DNA of 52,247 nucleotides, taken from assembly GCA_021107535.1 (NCBI GenBank), contig JAIOSQ010000016.1, positions 1-52,247 on the forward strand, read 5' to 3'. The DNA is from Bacteroidales bacterium. GTDB taxonomy: Bacteria; Bacteroidota; Bacteroidia; Bacteroidales; B18-G4. Within the stretch, counting starts at the first letter, position 1, and every line of letters begins with the position of its first letter. The notes under the pieces were generated by a model. That model did no database searches. It had not been told where the DNA came from and was given only the letters and a program-made list of their open reading frames with translations. Position numbers and translations under genes: made by a program. Shown here one piece after another: positions 19,478 through 28,398 of the stretch.

Positions 19478-20542
19478 CTATTTTCCGGGTCTGCTTAAAA
19501 ACCTTATATCTTTTTTGAGCCGGAACCTGTAAACAATGTTCAGGCGAAATATGCCTGTATCATAGCCCAACCAGGTTTGGGGCACGGGTGACTGATTCCT
19601 GAGAAATATCCCCAGATAAGACACCCCCGCATAAAATCTTTTGCTGTTATATCCTACGGCTATCCTTCCCGTGAGATTGGCAGCAGCTGTAAAACCAGAA
19701 CGGTCAGGTTCTCCTTCCTCACTGGTGTATACCCATGATCCTCCCCCTGATAATCCGCCAATCAGCGATAATGTTAAGAAGAAATGCTGCTTAACTACAA
19801 ATGTCTGGGCATAACCTGCGGTCACCCCGATATTGGCAATACGAGACTGATTGAAGTGCAATCCCCCGAAAAAGTTAGAATCAGCAAGGCCTCTGGGGAT
19901 AAAGGAGGAATCTCCCTGTGTATCCTCAAAAAACAGGTTGCCGCCAAGAAGAAAGGATCCTGAACTCTTTTTTTGCCATTCGTTCTGCAAATAAGAAGCC
20001 CGATAGGAAAAGCGCTTGTGGTTGAAGACATACTGCCCGTTCAGACCCAGGCTGATAGAACGGATATCAGGCCTTTTGGGTAGCGTATCATGTGTTGGCC
20101 AGTCTATGATCCAGTCATTGGGCTGGGTAAGGTGATACCCCTTATAGAGTTGCAGATAAATATCCAGTACGAGCACAGGCATGTAAATATGTGTTTGGAG
20201 GTCGAGATAATCTGTTTTACCATATTTATCATCATCATTATTTACAAAGGGGAAATTAAACCCGATATTCAGCCCGAGGATGCCATAGTTGAATCCGAAT
20301 CCAAGGATGAGGGCCTCATTGGGATGATAGATCAGGTCTTTCCCAAGTTTATTATCCATAAAGGAAACTTCTGCCGACTTAATTGAAGCATACAAACGGG
20401 TAGTCAGATGATCCAGGTAAGATGCAATATAATTAGTATCAGGATTGCCCGACAGCTTTTGCAGTATGCCCTGTGCATGAGTGCCGGGAGCACTTAAAAG
20501 CAAAACAATTACAAGAGGCAGAAATCTGACAAAGCGGGTCAT
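19478..20542 (-). CDS. Outer-membrane beta-barrel protein (DUF4421-like)
   Basis: Signal peptide, 354 aa, beta-strand periodicity. The family assignment is tentative and from memory. Confidence 0.6.
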   Translation of the reverse strand: MTRFVRFLPLVIVLLLSAPGTHAQGILQKLSGNPDTNYIASYLDHLTTRLYASIKSAEVSFMDNKLGKDLIYHPNEALILGFGFNYGILGLNIGFNFPFVNNDDDKYGKTDYLDLQTHIYMPVLVLDIYLQLYKGYHLTQPNDWIIDWPTHDTLPKRPDIRSISLGLNGQYVFNHKRFSYRASYLQNEWQKKSSGSFLLGGNLFFEDTQGDSSFIPRGLADSNFFGGLHFNQSRIANIGVTAGYAQTFVVKQHFFLTLSLIGGLSGGGSWVYTSEEGEPDRSGFTAAANLTGRIAVGYNSKRFYAGVSYLGIFLRNQSPVPQTWLGYDTGIFRLNIVYRFRLKKDIRFLSRPGK

Positions 20543-20561
20543 TCTTTATGATCAATATTGA

Positions 20562-21263
20562 TCAATATTTATATTTTAGTTCTTCTTTGGAATAGCTAAA
20601 ATGGGCACCCCGGAATAGATTAATATTCAAGGAGACATAAAAGATCCTAACATCGATATCCTTGAAAGGTTGTTCTGTTATCCCGTCATTATTCACTTCC
20701 GTATATGATTGATTGAAGAAGTTCGTCAGGTAATACTTGAACTTGAGGTTAATACCGTAACGGAATTGTATCCCCACAAAGACAGTATTGTAAATTGTTG
20801 GCACCCTGCTGGTGAACCAGACGTTGAATTTGTCATCCTTCCTTTCATTATGAAAAGTTTTTTCCTTGTAATTGGTAGGGAATTCTATCTCGTAACCGGC
20901 ATACAGGTGGGTCTTGTTCATGGCACCCAGCTTGAAGCCAACAGGGATCCCTATATTATACGTGCGGTATTTTTTCTTCAGTCCTGTTTCCGGATTATTA
21001 TAAATGAATCCAACATTCCGAATGGCCAGGCCGGTAAATATTCCAAGAGTATTATTAAAATCATGGTTAAGCATACCCTGCAGATTCAGAAAAGCGTTAA
21101 ACCTCATCACATTGCCTCCTTCATCTCCCTTATTATCAATAGATGCAAAGGAGAATATGAACTCGCCACCCGTTGTGAAATAAGTTTTGGAATTGTTTTG
21201 AGCCCGGGCATTCATAATAAATACGATGCTCAATATGAGATATAGAATAATTGATTTTTTCAT
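20562..21263 (-). CDS. Outer-membrane beta-barrel protein, hypothetical
   Basis: Signal peptide MKKSIILYLILSIVFIMNARAQ and alternating beta pattern. It lies 19 nt downstream of the preceding gene. Confidence 0.65.
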   Translation of the reverse strand: MKKSIILYLILSIVFIMNARAQNNSKTYFTTGGEFIFSFASIDNKGDEGGNVMRFNAFLNLQGMLNHDFNNTLGIFTGLAIRNVGFIYNNPETGLKKKYRTYNIGIPVGFKLGAMNKTHLYAGYEIEFPTNYKEKTFHNERKDDKFNVWFTSRVPTIYNTVFVGIQFRYGINLKFKYYLTNFFNQSYTEVNNDGITEQPFKDIDVRIFYVSLNINLFRGAHFSYSKEELKYKY

Positions 21264-21333
21264 GCAATATAAATTTATGCTTAAGCTATACTTTACTTAC
21301 ATTGAACACTTGGATAACATAAGAATTTATACA

Positions 21334-21341
21334 CAAATGTA
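21334..21341 (-). promoter_or_regulatory. -7 promoter box (TACATTTG on the minus strand)
   Basis: caaatgta on the + strand equals TACATTTG on the minus strand, 71 nt upstream of the start at 21263. Confidence 0.45.
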
Positions 21342-21379
21342 TGAAATAATTAACATGTTTTGGGGAAACACTTTTTAAG

Positions 21380-21387
21380 TACATTTG
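21380..21387 (+). promoter_or_regulatory. -7 promoter box TACATTTG
   Basis: Exact TAnnTTTG match, 46 nt upstream of the ATG at 21433. It forms a divergent pair with 21334-21341. Confidence 0.5.
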
Positions 21388-21432
21388 TTAATCATGTAAT
21401 ACCATCCTTAAATAAAAATATAATGCTTTTTT

Positions 21433-22866
21433 ATGCGGTGGATCTTTCTCATACTTTTCCTAACACTTCTGTCATTTTCAGCCAATGGCCAGTATGGTTC
21501 TTTCGGAGTAACTGATGCGCGCAGCCTTGGGATGGGAAATACCTATACCGCTACCACTTATGATATTTATGCTATCGGGAAAAATCCAGGTTTACTTCCC
21601 ATGCGACATGGGAATGAAAAAGTTTCTTTTATCTTCCCCAATTTAACTGCACAGCAATATGGCATTGGTAACATGCTGAGTACCTTTGATTACTATTCTA
21701 CAAATAAACTACGAAGTGATGGCATCATTGAACTAACGAAGGATAAATTTAAGCTTGCCATAGAGAATAATGGTAAAATCTTTGTTGATGGTCTGATCGG
21801 GTTTTTCTCTGCTGCCTACCATCCCGGAGAGCATATAGGTAGCTTTGCTTTTTCCATGTCCGATTACATCACCGCCTATATGGACATCCCGGATATCATT
21901 CTCGAAGTTAACTATGGCGACGAAATAAAAGACGGCACCTTTAATCTGGATGATTTTACCTTTAAATCCTGGTGGATCAGGAGTTATGCTATATCATACG
22001 GAAGATACCTGTATAAAAACGACAACAGCCTGCTAAAAAATATTTCAGGAGGGATCACTCTTAAATACATGACCGGCTATGCTTACACAGATGTTGGACT
22101 GTCAGCAAATGCCACTTATTCAACGGCCACACAAACCCTGTCGGGATCTTACCAGGCAAGATCGGTTCATGCGTTCTCGGAAGACCTTTCGAGTATAAAT
22201 TCTTTTAACCAGGAGGACAGTAAACCACGAGGGTTTCTCCGCCTGCGACCTGCTGCCTATGGATATGCTGTTGACCTGGGTTTTGGTGCTGAGTTGCAGA
22301 ACGGATTCATCTTCGGCCTCGCTATTACTGATTTAGGCAATCTGAAATGGACCGGAGTTGCCAAAACATCTAATTTCGATGGCTATATTGATATCAGCGG
22401 TGTGATCGATCATGAAACCATCGATTCGCTGGCACATGAAATTAATCTCGAAAATGAAGTAAGCGAATCATTCAGCACACCGACTCCAACTGCCCTGCGT
22501 CTTGGGCTTGCCTTGCAGTTTGAAAAGATGTTCGACCGTTTCCCTGGAGAGTTGCTTGTCGGATTTGATTATAACCAGGGACTGAATAATGAACCTTCCA
22601 ATTTCACAGCTTCCCGCTTTTCACTTGGGTTTGAATATCGTTACAAACCGAAATGGCCATCACTTCTTGGTGGATACACTTATGATTTACTCAAAATCGG
22701 CCGTGGAGCGATCGGCCTGGGCTATCAAACCCATTTCATGGATATTTATGTTAGTACCATCGATATTTTTTCAATTGTTGTTGGAGGTGACCGCTTCTCA
22801 GGTTCACTGGTAATCCGGTGGAAAATTCTTTCCGGCAGGAAAAAGAATCATGACGGTACGTGGTAA
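21433..22866 (+). CDS. Large outer-membrane beta-barrel protein (PorV/FadL/TraF-like N-terminal motif)
   Basis: Signal peptide, then ...DARSLGMGNTYTA...AIGKNPGLL, which is reminiscent of the PorV/TraF-like OMP signature. 477 aa. Confidence 0.6.
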   Translation: MRWIFLILFLTLLSFSANGQYGSFGVTDARSLGMGNTYTATTYDIYAIGKNPGLLPMRHGNEKVSFIFPNLTAQQYGIGNMLSTFDYYSTNKLRSDGIIELTKDKFKLAIENNGKIFVDGLIGFFSAAYHPGEHIGSFAFSMSDYITAYMDIPDIILEVNYGDEIKDGTFNLDDFTFKSWWIRSYAISYGRYLYKNDNSLLKNISGGITLKYMTGYAYTDVGLSANATYSTATQTLSGSYQARSVHAFSEDLSSINSFNQEDSKPRGFLRLRPAAYGYAVDLGFGAELQNGFIFGLAITDLGNLKWTGVAKTSNFDGYIDISGVIDHETIDSLAHEINLENEVSESFSTPTPTALRLGLALQFEKMFDRFPGELLVGFDYNQGLNNEPSNFTASRFSLGFEYRYKPKWPSLLGGYTYDLLKIGRGAIGLGYQTHFMDIYVSTIDIFSIVVGGDRFSGSLVIRWKILSGRKKNHDGTW

Positions 22867-22900
22867 TGCAGTACCGATATTCTTTGAGTTCTTGGATACT

Positions 22901-23107
22901 GTTAAGTGTTGGGTGTTGAGTGTTGGGTGGATTTTAGAGTGCTGAGTTTCGAATTCTGAATTATTTTAAAGCCACTTATGTGCTAAGGCACAAAAATCAC
23001 GAGACATTTAAAATTTAAAATTCAAAACTTATAATTTAACCCAACATCCATAATCCATAATTCAAAATACACACCAACCCAACACTCAACACCCAACACC
23101 CAAAACT
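22901..23107. repeat. Long-range inverted repeat built from gtgttgg-type short-period repeats
   Basis: gtgttgggtgttgagtgttgggt in the left arm (22901-22930) is the exact reverse complement of a 23-nt stretch within 23074-23107. The spacer is about 145 nt, with an inner weaker pairing and a central tgtgc-taag-gcaca hairpin. Confidence 0.75.
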
Positions 23108-23142
23108 TACTACCCTCATTTGCTGAAGCGGGAAAAATCACT

Positions 23143-23150
23143 TAAATTTG
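23143..23150 (+). promoter_or_regulatory. -7 promoter box TAAATTTG
   Basis: Exact TAnnTTTG match, 44 nt upstream of the ATG at 23194. Confidence 0.5.
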
Positions 23151-23193
23151 ATCTTACTATAAGAAAATATCAGTATTCAATAAAATTCTCATC

Positions 23194-23880
23194 ATGAAAG
23201 AACGGAGTAAAATCGACAGGCACTTATACGAATATAGGTTCCCTTATTTATTGCTCGCTACAGTTCTACAGGTATTTCTCGTCTCGCTTTTCCCTGGCAG
23301 GCATAACATTTTGATCAACGAAATAACTTTTTCAATATTCATGCTGGCCAATATTAACCTGGTCAGGCATAGCCGAAGAATTATTATCGTAATGCTGTTC
23401 TTTGCACTTTTAAGCATTTTCCTTGTATGGATCCCTGACGAGTCTGAACCAGGAAAGGCATTCTACCCGTTAGAAAAGCTAATCGTGATATTATTCATTG
23501 GAGTGATCATTTATCATATAATCATTCTGATTATAAGGAGCAAAGAGGTTAATGCAAATATGATTTTCGGAGTTATTACGATCTATATCCTGTTTGGCCT
23601 TATAGCCGGAGAATCCAATCTGCTCATTTATTTCTTTGATAATACTGCATTTAGTGGAAACTTTGACCCAACGGATAAATCAGATTTACGATATTTTAGC
23701 TATGTAACCATCACTACATTAGGATATGGGGATATTATCCCGGTTTCCCGGGTCGCCAGGGCTGGAGCAGTGTTTTTCAGCCTGACAGGACAAATATACC
23801 TGGCTGTGATCATTGCACTGATTGTTGGAAAATATATTTCCCATTCCGACAGGAAGCATCTTAAAAAGGAAAAGCATTGA
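23194..23880 (+). CDS. Potassium channel family protein
   Basis: Selectivity filter TITTLGYGD between two C-terminal TM helices, with additional N-terminal TM helices. Confidence 0.85.
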   Translation: MKERSKIDRHLYEYRFPYLLLATVLQVFLVSLFPGRHNILINEITFSIFMLANINLVRHSRRIIIVMLFFALLSIFLVWIPDESEPGKAFYPLEKLIVILFIGVIIYHIIILIIRSKEVNANMIFGVITIYILFGLIAGESNLLIYFFDNTAFSGNFDPTDKSDLRYFSYVTITTLGYGDIIPVSRVARAGAVFFSLTGQIYLAVIIALIVGKYISHSDRKHLKKEKH

Positions 23881-24008
23881 AAAAGAAACTTAAAGACTGG
23901 ATGTATTATGACGGGAAGACGGGATGACTTTAAGACGGGTCATTACATTCTACACCAGGCACTCTGAACTCCTGCATACATCTCCATTTAAGAATTCGTA
24001 TTTTTTTT

Positions 24009-24016
24009 TAATTTTG
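24009..24016 (+). promoter_or_regulatory. -7 promoter box TAATTTTG
   Basis: Exact TAnnTTTG match, 40 nt upstream of the ATG at 24056. This argues against the GTG start at 24032. Confidence 0.5.
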
Positions 24017-24055
24017 TACATCTTTTAAATCGTGGAAAATCCAATACCTAACATT

Positions 24056-24868
24056 ATGACCAAGCCAATAAACTCACTTTTAATTGTCCTTATCCTGGTA
24101 TTCGTTTCATCTGCCGGATGTAAAAAGGGCAGTGATGAAAGCATTATCAACCTTTTCTCAGTTGATGATGATATCGCATTCGGAGAAGCCATGGAGGAAG
24201 AGATTGCTGCCAACCCACAAGACTTCCCCATCCTGGATCCTGTTGCCTACCCTGAAGCATACCAGCACCTGAACCGCATACGTGATTCCATTCTCGGCAC
24301 CGGCTTGATCCATTACGAAGACCGCTTTGAATGGAAGGTGCAGATTATCCAAAACGACAGTATGCTGAATGCATTTGCCACACCGGGCGGTTTTCTGTAT
24401 TTTTATACCGGCATCATCAAATACCTGGACAATGAAGCCCAATTTGCAGGAGTAATGGGACATGAGATGGCTCATTCCGACCTACGCCACAGCACCAATA
24501 CGCTTACCAAGGTTTATGGTGTCCAGATCCTTCTGTCTATATTGCTGGGGCAGTCTCCCGGACAGCTAACTGAGATCATTGCCAGTCTGGCTTACGGCCT
24601 GGGTACCCTTGCCTTTAGCCGCGACCATGAATATAAGGCCGATGAGTATTCAGTAAAGTACCTCTACCAGACATCCTATGATGCCCGCGGCATCGCCGAT
24701 TTTTTTATTAAACTCGAAGATGCTCCACGCCCGCCCGAATTCCTGAGCACCCATCCATCTCCCGAAAACCGTATCGAAAAGATCAATGAAGTATGGCAGA
24801 GCCTTGGCGGCAAGGAAGGAAATCTTTATGTTGACAGTTACATGCAGTTTAAAGCAAGCTTGCCTTAA
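24056..24868 (+). CDS. M48 family metalloprotease lipoprotein
   Basis: HEMAHSDLRH (HExxH), lipobox VSSAGC, TPGGFLYFYTG. ATG at 24056 preferred over GTG at 24032. Confidence 0.85.
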   Translation: MTKPINSLLIVLILVFVSSAGCKKGSDESIINLFSVDDDIAFGEAMEEEIAANPQDFPILDPVAYPEAYQHLNRIRDSILGTGLIHYEDRFEWKVQIIQNDSMLNAFATPGGFLYFYTGIIKYLDNEAQFAGVMGHEMAHSDLRHSTNTLTKVYGVQILLSILLGQSPGQLTEIIASLAYGLGTLAFSRDHEYKADEYSVKYLYQTSYDARGIADFFIKLEDAPRPPEFLSTHPSPENRIEKINEVWQSLGGKEGNLYVDSYMQFKASLP

Positions 24869-24893
24869 GGAACATTAAATATAAACCGACATC

Positions 24894-25622
24894 ATGAAAT
24901 CAAAGCTATTTTTTAGACTTTTCGCCCTCCTTTTTCTTATTAACACATTTACCAATACGGCCAGGTCCCAGATACTGATATCAATTTTGCTGGGAGACAA
25001 GCTCAATTCCGGTGCCATCGAATTCGGCCTGACCGGCGGATATAACTACACTCATCTTATCGGATTGAAAGATGCTGAAGGAGCTAATAATTTCAACCTG
25101 GGATTTTATTTCGACTTCCGAATAAAAAACAACTGGTTCGTTTATACAGGAGTACTGGTGAAATCAACCATGGGAGCCTCCGGAGTTCCTGTTTATTCTC
25201 TCAACGATCTTAATCTCGACAGCACTATGGTTGGCGGAAGCATTAACAGAAAAATAAGCTACTTCAATGTTCCGGCTACCATAAAGTACAGGTTTAAAAG
25301 CAATGTTTTTGTGCTTGGTGGTTTTCAGTTTGGCCTCAGGACCAGGGCAACAGATGAATTCACCAATACAGTTAATTCTGATGATGATCTTGTTTATAAA
25401 CACAAAACAAAAGATAATTACAAGCGGCTTGATGCCGGGCTTTCTGCCGGCTTAGGCTATAAATTTCGTTATGGCGCCATGATGAATATTGGCGTACGTT
25501 ATTATTACGGGCTCGTGGATGTTTTTAAAACCGGTCCCGACTACGGCACGAATTCCTCCCTCTATCTATTTGCCGAGATCCCCATAGGGGTCGATAGAAA
25601 GAAAAGACCGGAGAAAGAATAA
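24894..25622 (+). CDS. Porin-family outer-membrane beta-barrel protein
   Basis: Signal peptide plus GLTGGYNY..., NLGFYFDF and GVRYYYGL beta-barrel repeats. It sits 25 nt after the M48 gene and is probably co-transcribed. Confidence 0.7.
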   Translation: MKSKLFFRLFALLFLINTFTNTARSQILISILLGDKLNSGAIEFGLTGGYNYTHLIGLKDAEGANNFNLGFYFDFRIKNNWFVYTGVLVKSTMGASGVPVYSLNDLNLDSTMVGGSINRKISYFNVPATIKYRFKSNVFVLGGFQFGLRTRATDEFTNTVNSDDDLVYKHKTKDNYKRLDAGLSAGLGYKFRYGAMMNIGVRYYYGLVDVFKTGPDYGTNSSLYLFAEIPIGVDRKKRPEKE

Positions 25623-25640
25623 TTCTGGAGTAATGAACCT

Positions 25641-25722
25641 CCCCGCCGTGCTCCTACGCTGAAGCTTACGCTTGCGCCGAAGCTTCAGCGTAGGAGCATG
25701 GCGCAAGCGACAAGCAGCGGGG
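25641..25722. repeat. REP-like GC-rich hairpin element, copy A
   Basis: ccccgccgtgctcctacgctgaagctt...aagcttcagcgtaggagc...gcgcaagcgacaagcagcgggg. It has perfect 18-nt inner arms and shares ccccgccgtgctcc and gcgcaagcgacaagc with 50810-50890. Confidence 0.75.
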
Positions 25723-25875
25723 TATCTCAAAGGAATATTGAGAAAACACACTGGTAGATAGTGAATTAGACTACATCATATACGCTGGGTGGGCATAAGT
25801 AAAAACATGTAAAGTAAGAGATCTATCTATTTTGATAAACAGATATGTCAGGAAATATCAATTTATTTTGGTTCA

Positions 25876-26844
25876 CTAATTAATAGGCTCACCATCTATA
25901 TATTTGATCACTTTCAGTTCCCCCGTTTCGTCCCAGTACTTCCATTTCCCATTTTTTTTCCCATTACTATAGTTGCCCTGAAACTTCTTTTTACCATTCG
26001 GATAATTTTCAATCCATTTGCCATTGGGTACAGTATCATTTTTAAAATACTTCAGGTATTCTATGCCTCCGCTGGGATAATAGCGATATGCCATAATATT
26101 TGAGGGATCGCCCTCGAGATACAGATACTTTTCCGTTAACATTTCATTTATATAAATCTCTTTTCTGTATAGGATCTCCTTTTCCCAGGACTGATATACT
26201 TTGCTAACGATTTTACCGCTGTCATAAATTTCGTATAATTTCAATTTGTTATATAATGTCCAGAATTTAAGTTCAGCTTTTTGCTTGCTTTTCAGTAACT
26301 CAGTCCTGATCATAGGAAGTATTCGCGACTGTATACTTTCAAGTGATTCTCCAAATTCAGGTGTATAGGTTTTTCCTGATGTCCTGCGAAAAGAATTTTC
26401 AAATGCTTCATCCAGGCGGCGTAATTCGCTGACATAGGGTTCTCCAAGACCATCTTCGAAAGTAAGCAATAAATTATTCTGCCCCATTTTAAATCGGTAT
26501 AGTTTACCTTCTTTCCAGGCTTCAGACGACCTTGGCATATTATAATTTTCCGTAAATCCCGGCGGAGGTATCAAAGCATAATTCTGCCAGATCCCTGTTT
26601 TTTCCCCATGCTCATAATTACCTTTATAATACATCAGGTTGTGGTTATAAGATAAATAATATACCCACTTTCCGTGTGGTTTGCCATCAATATATTCCCC
26701 CTCACCGACTACCTCCCCCCTCATCTCTTTAGATTCATAATTTTGGAACTCCAAAATAATCAATGCTTCTCTTGACTGAGGCAGCATGCTCAGAGACTGG
26801 ATCAGGCAAATACCGGTCATTAAAAGTTTGAAAGGGCTTTTCAT
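25876..26844 (-). CDS. MORN-variant repeat (YwqK-like) protein, secreted
   Basis: Repeated G-x-W/K units are present: DGKPHGKWVYY, GEKTGIWQNY, PNGKWIENYPNGKKKFQGNYSNGKKNGKWKYWDETG. Confidence 0.7.
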   Translation of the reverse strand: MKSPFKLLMTGICLIQSLSMLPQSREALIILEFQNYESKEMRGEVVGEGEYIDGKPHGKWVYYLSYNHNLMYYKGNYEHGEKTGIWQNYALIPPPGFTENYNMPRSSEAWKEGKLYRFKMGQNNLLLTFEDGLGEPYVSELRRLDEAFENSFRRTSGKTYTPEFGESLESIQSRILPMIRTELLKSKQKAELKFWTLYNKLKLYEIYDSGKIVSKVYQSWEKEILYRKEIYINEMLTEKYLYLEGDPSNIMAYRYYPSGGIEYLKYFKNDTVPNGKWIENYPNGKKKFQGNYSNGKKNGKWKYWDETGELKVIKYIDGEPIN

Positions 26845-26885
26845 TTATATCTTCGTGATTAATCAGGCATTGATAATAGTATTGT

Positions 26886-27776
26886 TTAATTAATAAGATT
26901 AAGCCTGATTCCAACACTTAAGCTAATGTTACTGAATGAATACGCATTTTTTAAAAGCTTTGTCGGTGAGGTTTCTGACTCGTTTTCAGTTGAATAATAC
27001 GTATCCTCAAATTCAATATATCTTTCATTAATAGTTAATGTATTTAACATATCCTTTCCCCTGTATTTATACTCAGTATACTCTCCGGAAGTCGGGATGT
27101 AGCTTATTGCTGTATATGAGCATTCGCTAAAGAATTTCAGGTCTTTTGCGAGAATAATTTCAAATCCCACAGAAACCATATACCCAAGGTTTAGATGGCT
27201 CTTATATTCAAAAACCCAGGTATAATCTTCTGTGGGGTAGTAATTGGGGTGAGTATTATAAATTCTTATTTGGGATTCCCTGGTCATTGATGCTATTCCA
27301 ATAACTCCCCCAAGTTTAATATATGGCCGGAAATTATCCCCCCCGCCCCAAAATACGAGATTAGGTTTCAGTCCATACATTTTACCGGTATATACTTCCT
27401 CTGTATGGAAATCAACCTGGTATTGCGAATATAGCGTGTTGAGCTCCTCATAATTCAGCGTATGCTTACTGCTTTTATGATAAAAGCCTGTTATCTCAAC
27501 TGAAATATGCTTTCCAAGAAAACTTCCCAGGCTTGCTTCAACATTTAGCCCCTGCCCGAGTGAAAAACTTTTCAATTCATACTTTGAATATCCTTCAATC
27601 GAATCTAAATAGATTTGGTTATAGTCTGATCTGAGTTTGTAATCGTCTTTGTTTATTCCTAAACCGTAACCAATGTTGGCCTTGATGTATAGCTTTTGTG
27701 AGAAGGTATCCGTATGGAAAAAGACAGATGTCGTTAAGAGTATGATAACTCCAAATTTATATGCAATCTGATTCAT
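26886..27776 (-). CDS. Outer-membrane beta-barrel protein, hypothetical
   Basis: Start moved to MNQIAYKFGVIILLTTSVFF (signal peptide). Beta-strand periodicity and a C-terminal ...GIRLNLIN. Confidence 0.6.
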   Translation of the reverse strand: MNQIAYKFGVIILLTTSVFFHTDTFSQKLYIKANIGYGLGINKDDYKLRSDYNQIYLDSIEGYSKYELKSFSLGQGLNVEASLGSFLGKHISVEITGFYHKSSKHTLNYEELNTLYSQYQVDFHTEEVYTGKMYGLKPNLVFWGGGDNFRPYIKLGGVIGIASMTRESQIRIYNTHPNYYPTEDYTWVFEYKSHLNLGYMVSVGFEIILAKDLKFFSECSYTAISYIPTSGEYTEYKYRGKDMLNTLTINERYIEFEDTYYSTENESETSPTKLLKNAYSFSNISLSVGIRLNLIN

Positions 27777-27894
27777 TATGAAAATTTTGGTTTTTTTCCG
27801 TGAATTATACGCAGCCCAAATATAGAAATTAATAATCAAAAAAAAGAGGCTGTCTCAAAAGTTTTTCCCAGGGTCATTTACTTGTTGTGCTCAT

Positions 27895-28119
27895 TTAGAA
27901 GGGTGAAGATTCAAGCGCTCCCGGCATACTGTTATTACGGAAATTACCAAAGCTGTTCCTGCTACTGTTACCAAACAAGTGCACTTCACCCAGTTCGAAG
28001 ATGAGGGTCAACTCATGGGAACCACTCGTAGCCCTGGTAATATCGGTTAGCATGATATCATAGCTGTAGACCAGATTCATGCGGGCATTGTCGCCAAAGT
28101 TCGTGTTAAGACCCAGCAT
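27895..28119 (-). pseudogene. C-terminal remnant of a PorP/SprF-family T9SS membrane protein
   Basis: NLVYSYDIMLTDITRATSGSHELTLIF matches the PorP/SprF C-terminal signature (..SYD....GSHE..L). Only about 74 codons are open, and an in-frame TAG lies 8 codons upstream of the Met. Full-length family members are about 300 aa or more. Confidence 0.6.
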
Positions 28120-28325
28120 AAAAAAAATATATGCCTGTTTTGGCTATTGAAACAAAATATTGCAAATTTTACTAAAGTGAGTGATGTTCACGATGATTTT
28201 TATCAAAAAATCCAAAAACACACTGCATAATAAAGCATTTTATTAAAAATTGACACCATTGCTTGTTTTTACATATGCCTCAGTCATATTATGCATAAAA
28301 TCATTCTTCGTTCTGATTTTTTCGG

Positions 28326-28356
28326 TTGACAATCAATCATGTATTGCTTAATTTTA
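28326..28356 (+). promoter_or_regulatory. Candidate promoter of the nine-gene operon (TTGACA-N17-TAATTTTA)
   Basis: TTGACA at 28326-28331 and TAATTTTA (one mismatch to TAnnTTTG) at 28349-28356, 43 nt upstream of the ATG at 28399. Confidence 0.35.
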
Positions 28357-28398
28357 TCAGTTAAACACACGAATGATGATTTAAAACGGGGTTGAAAA

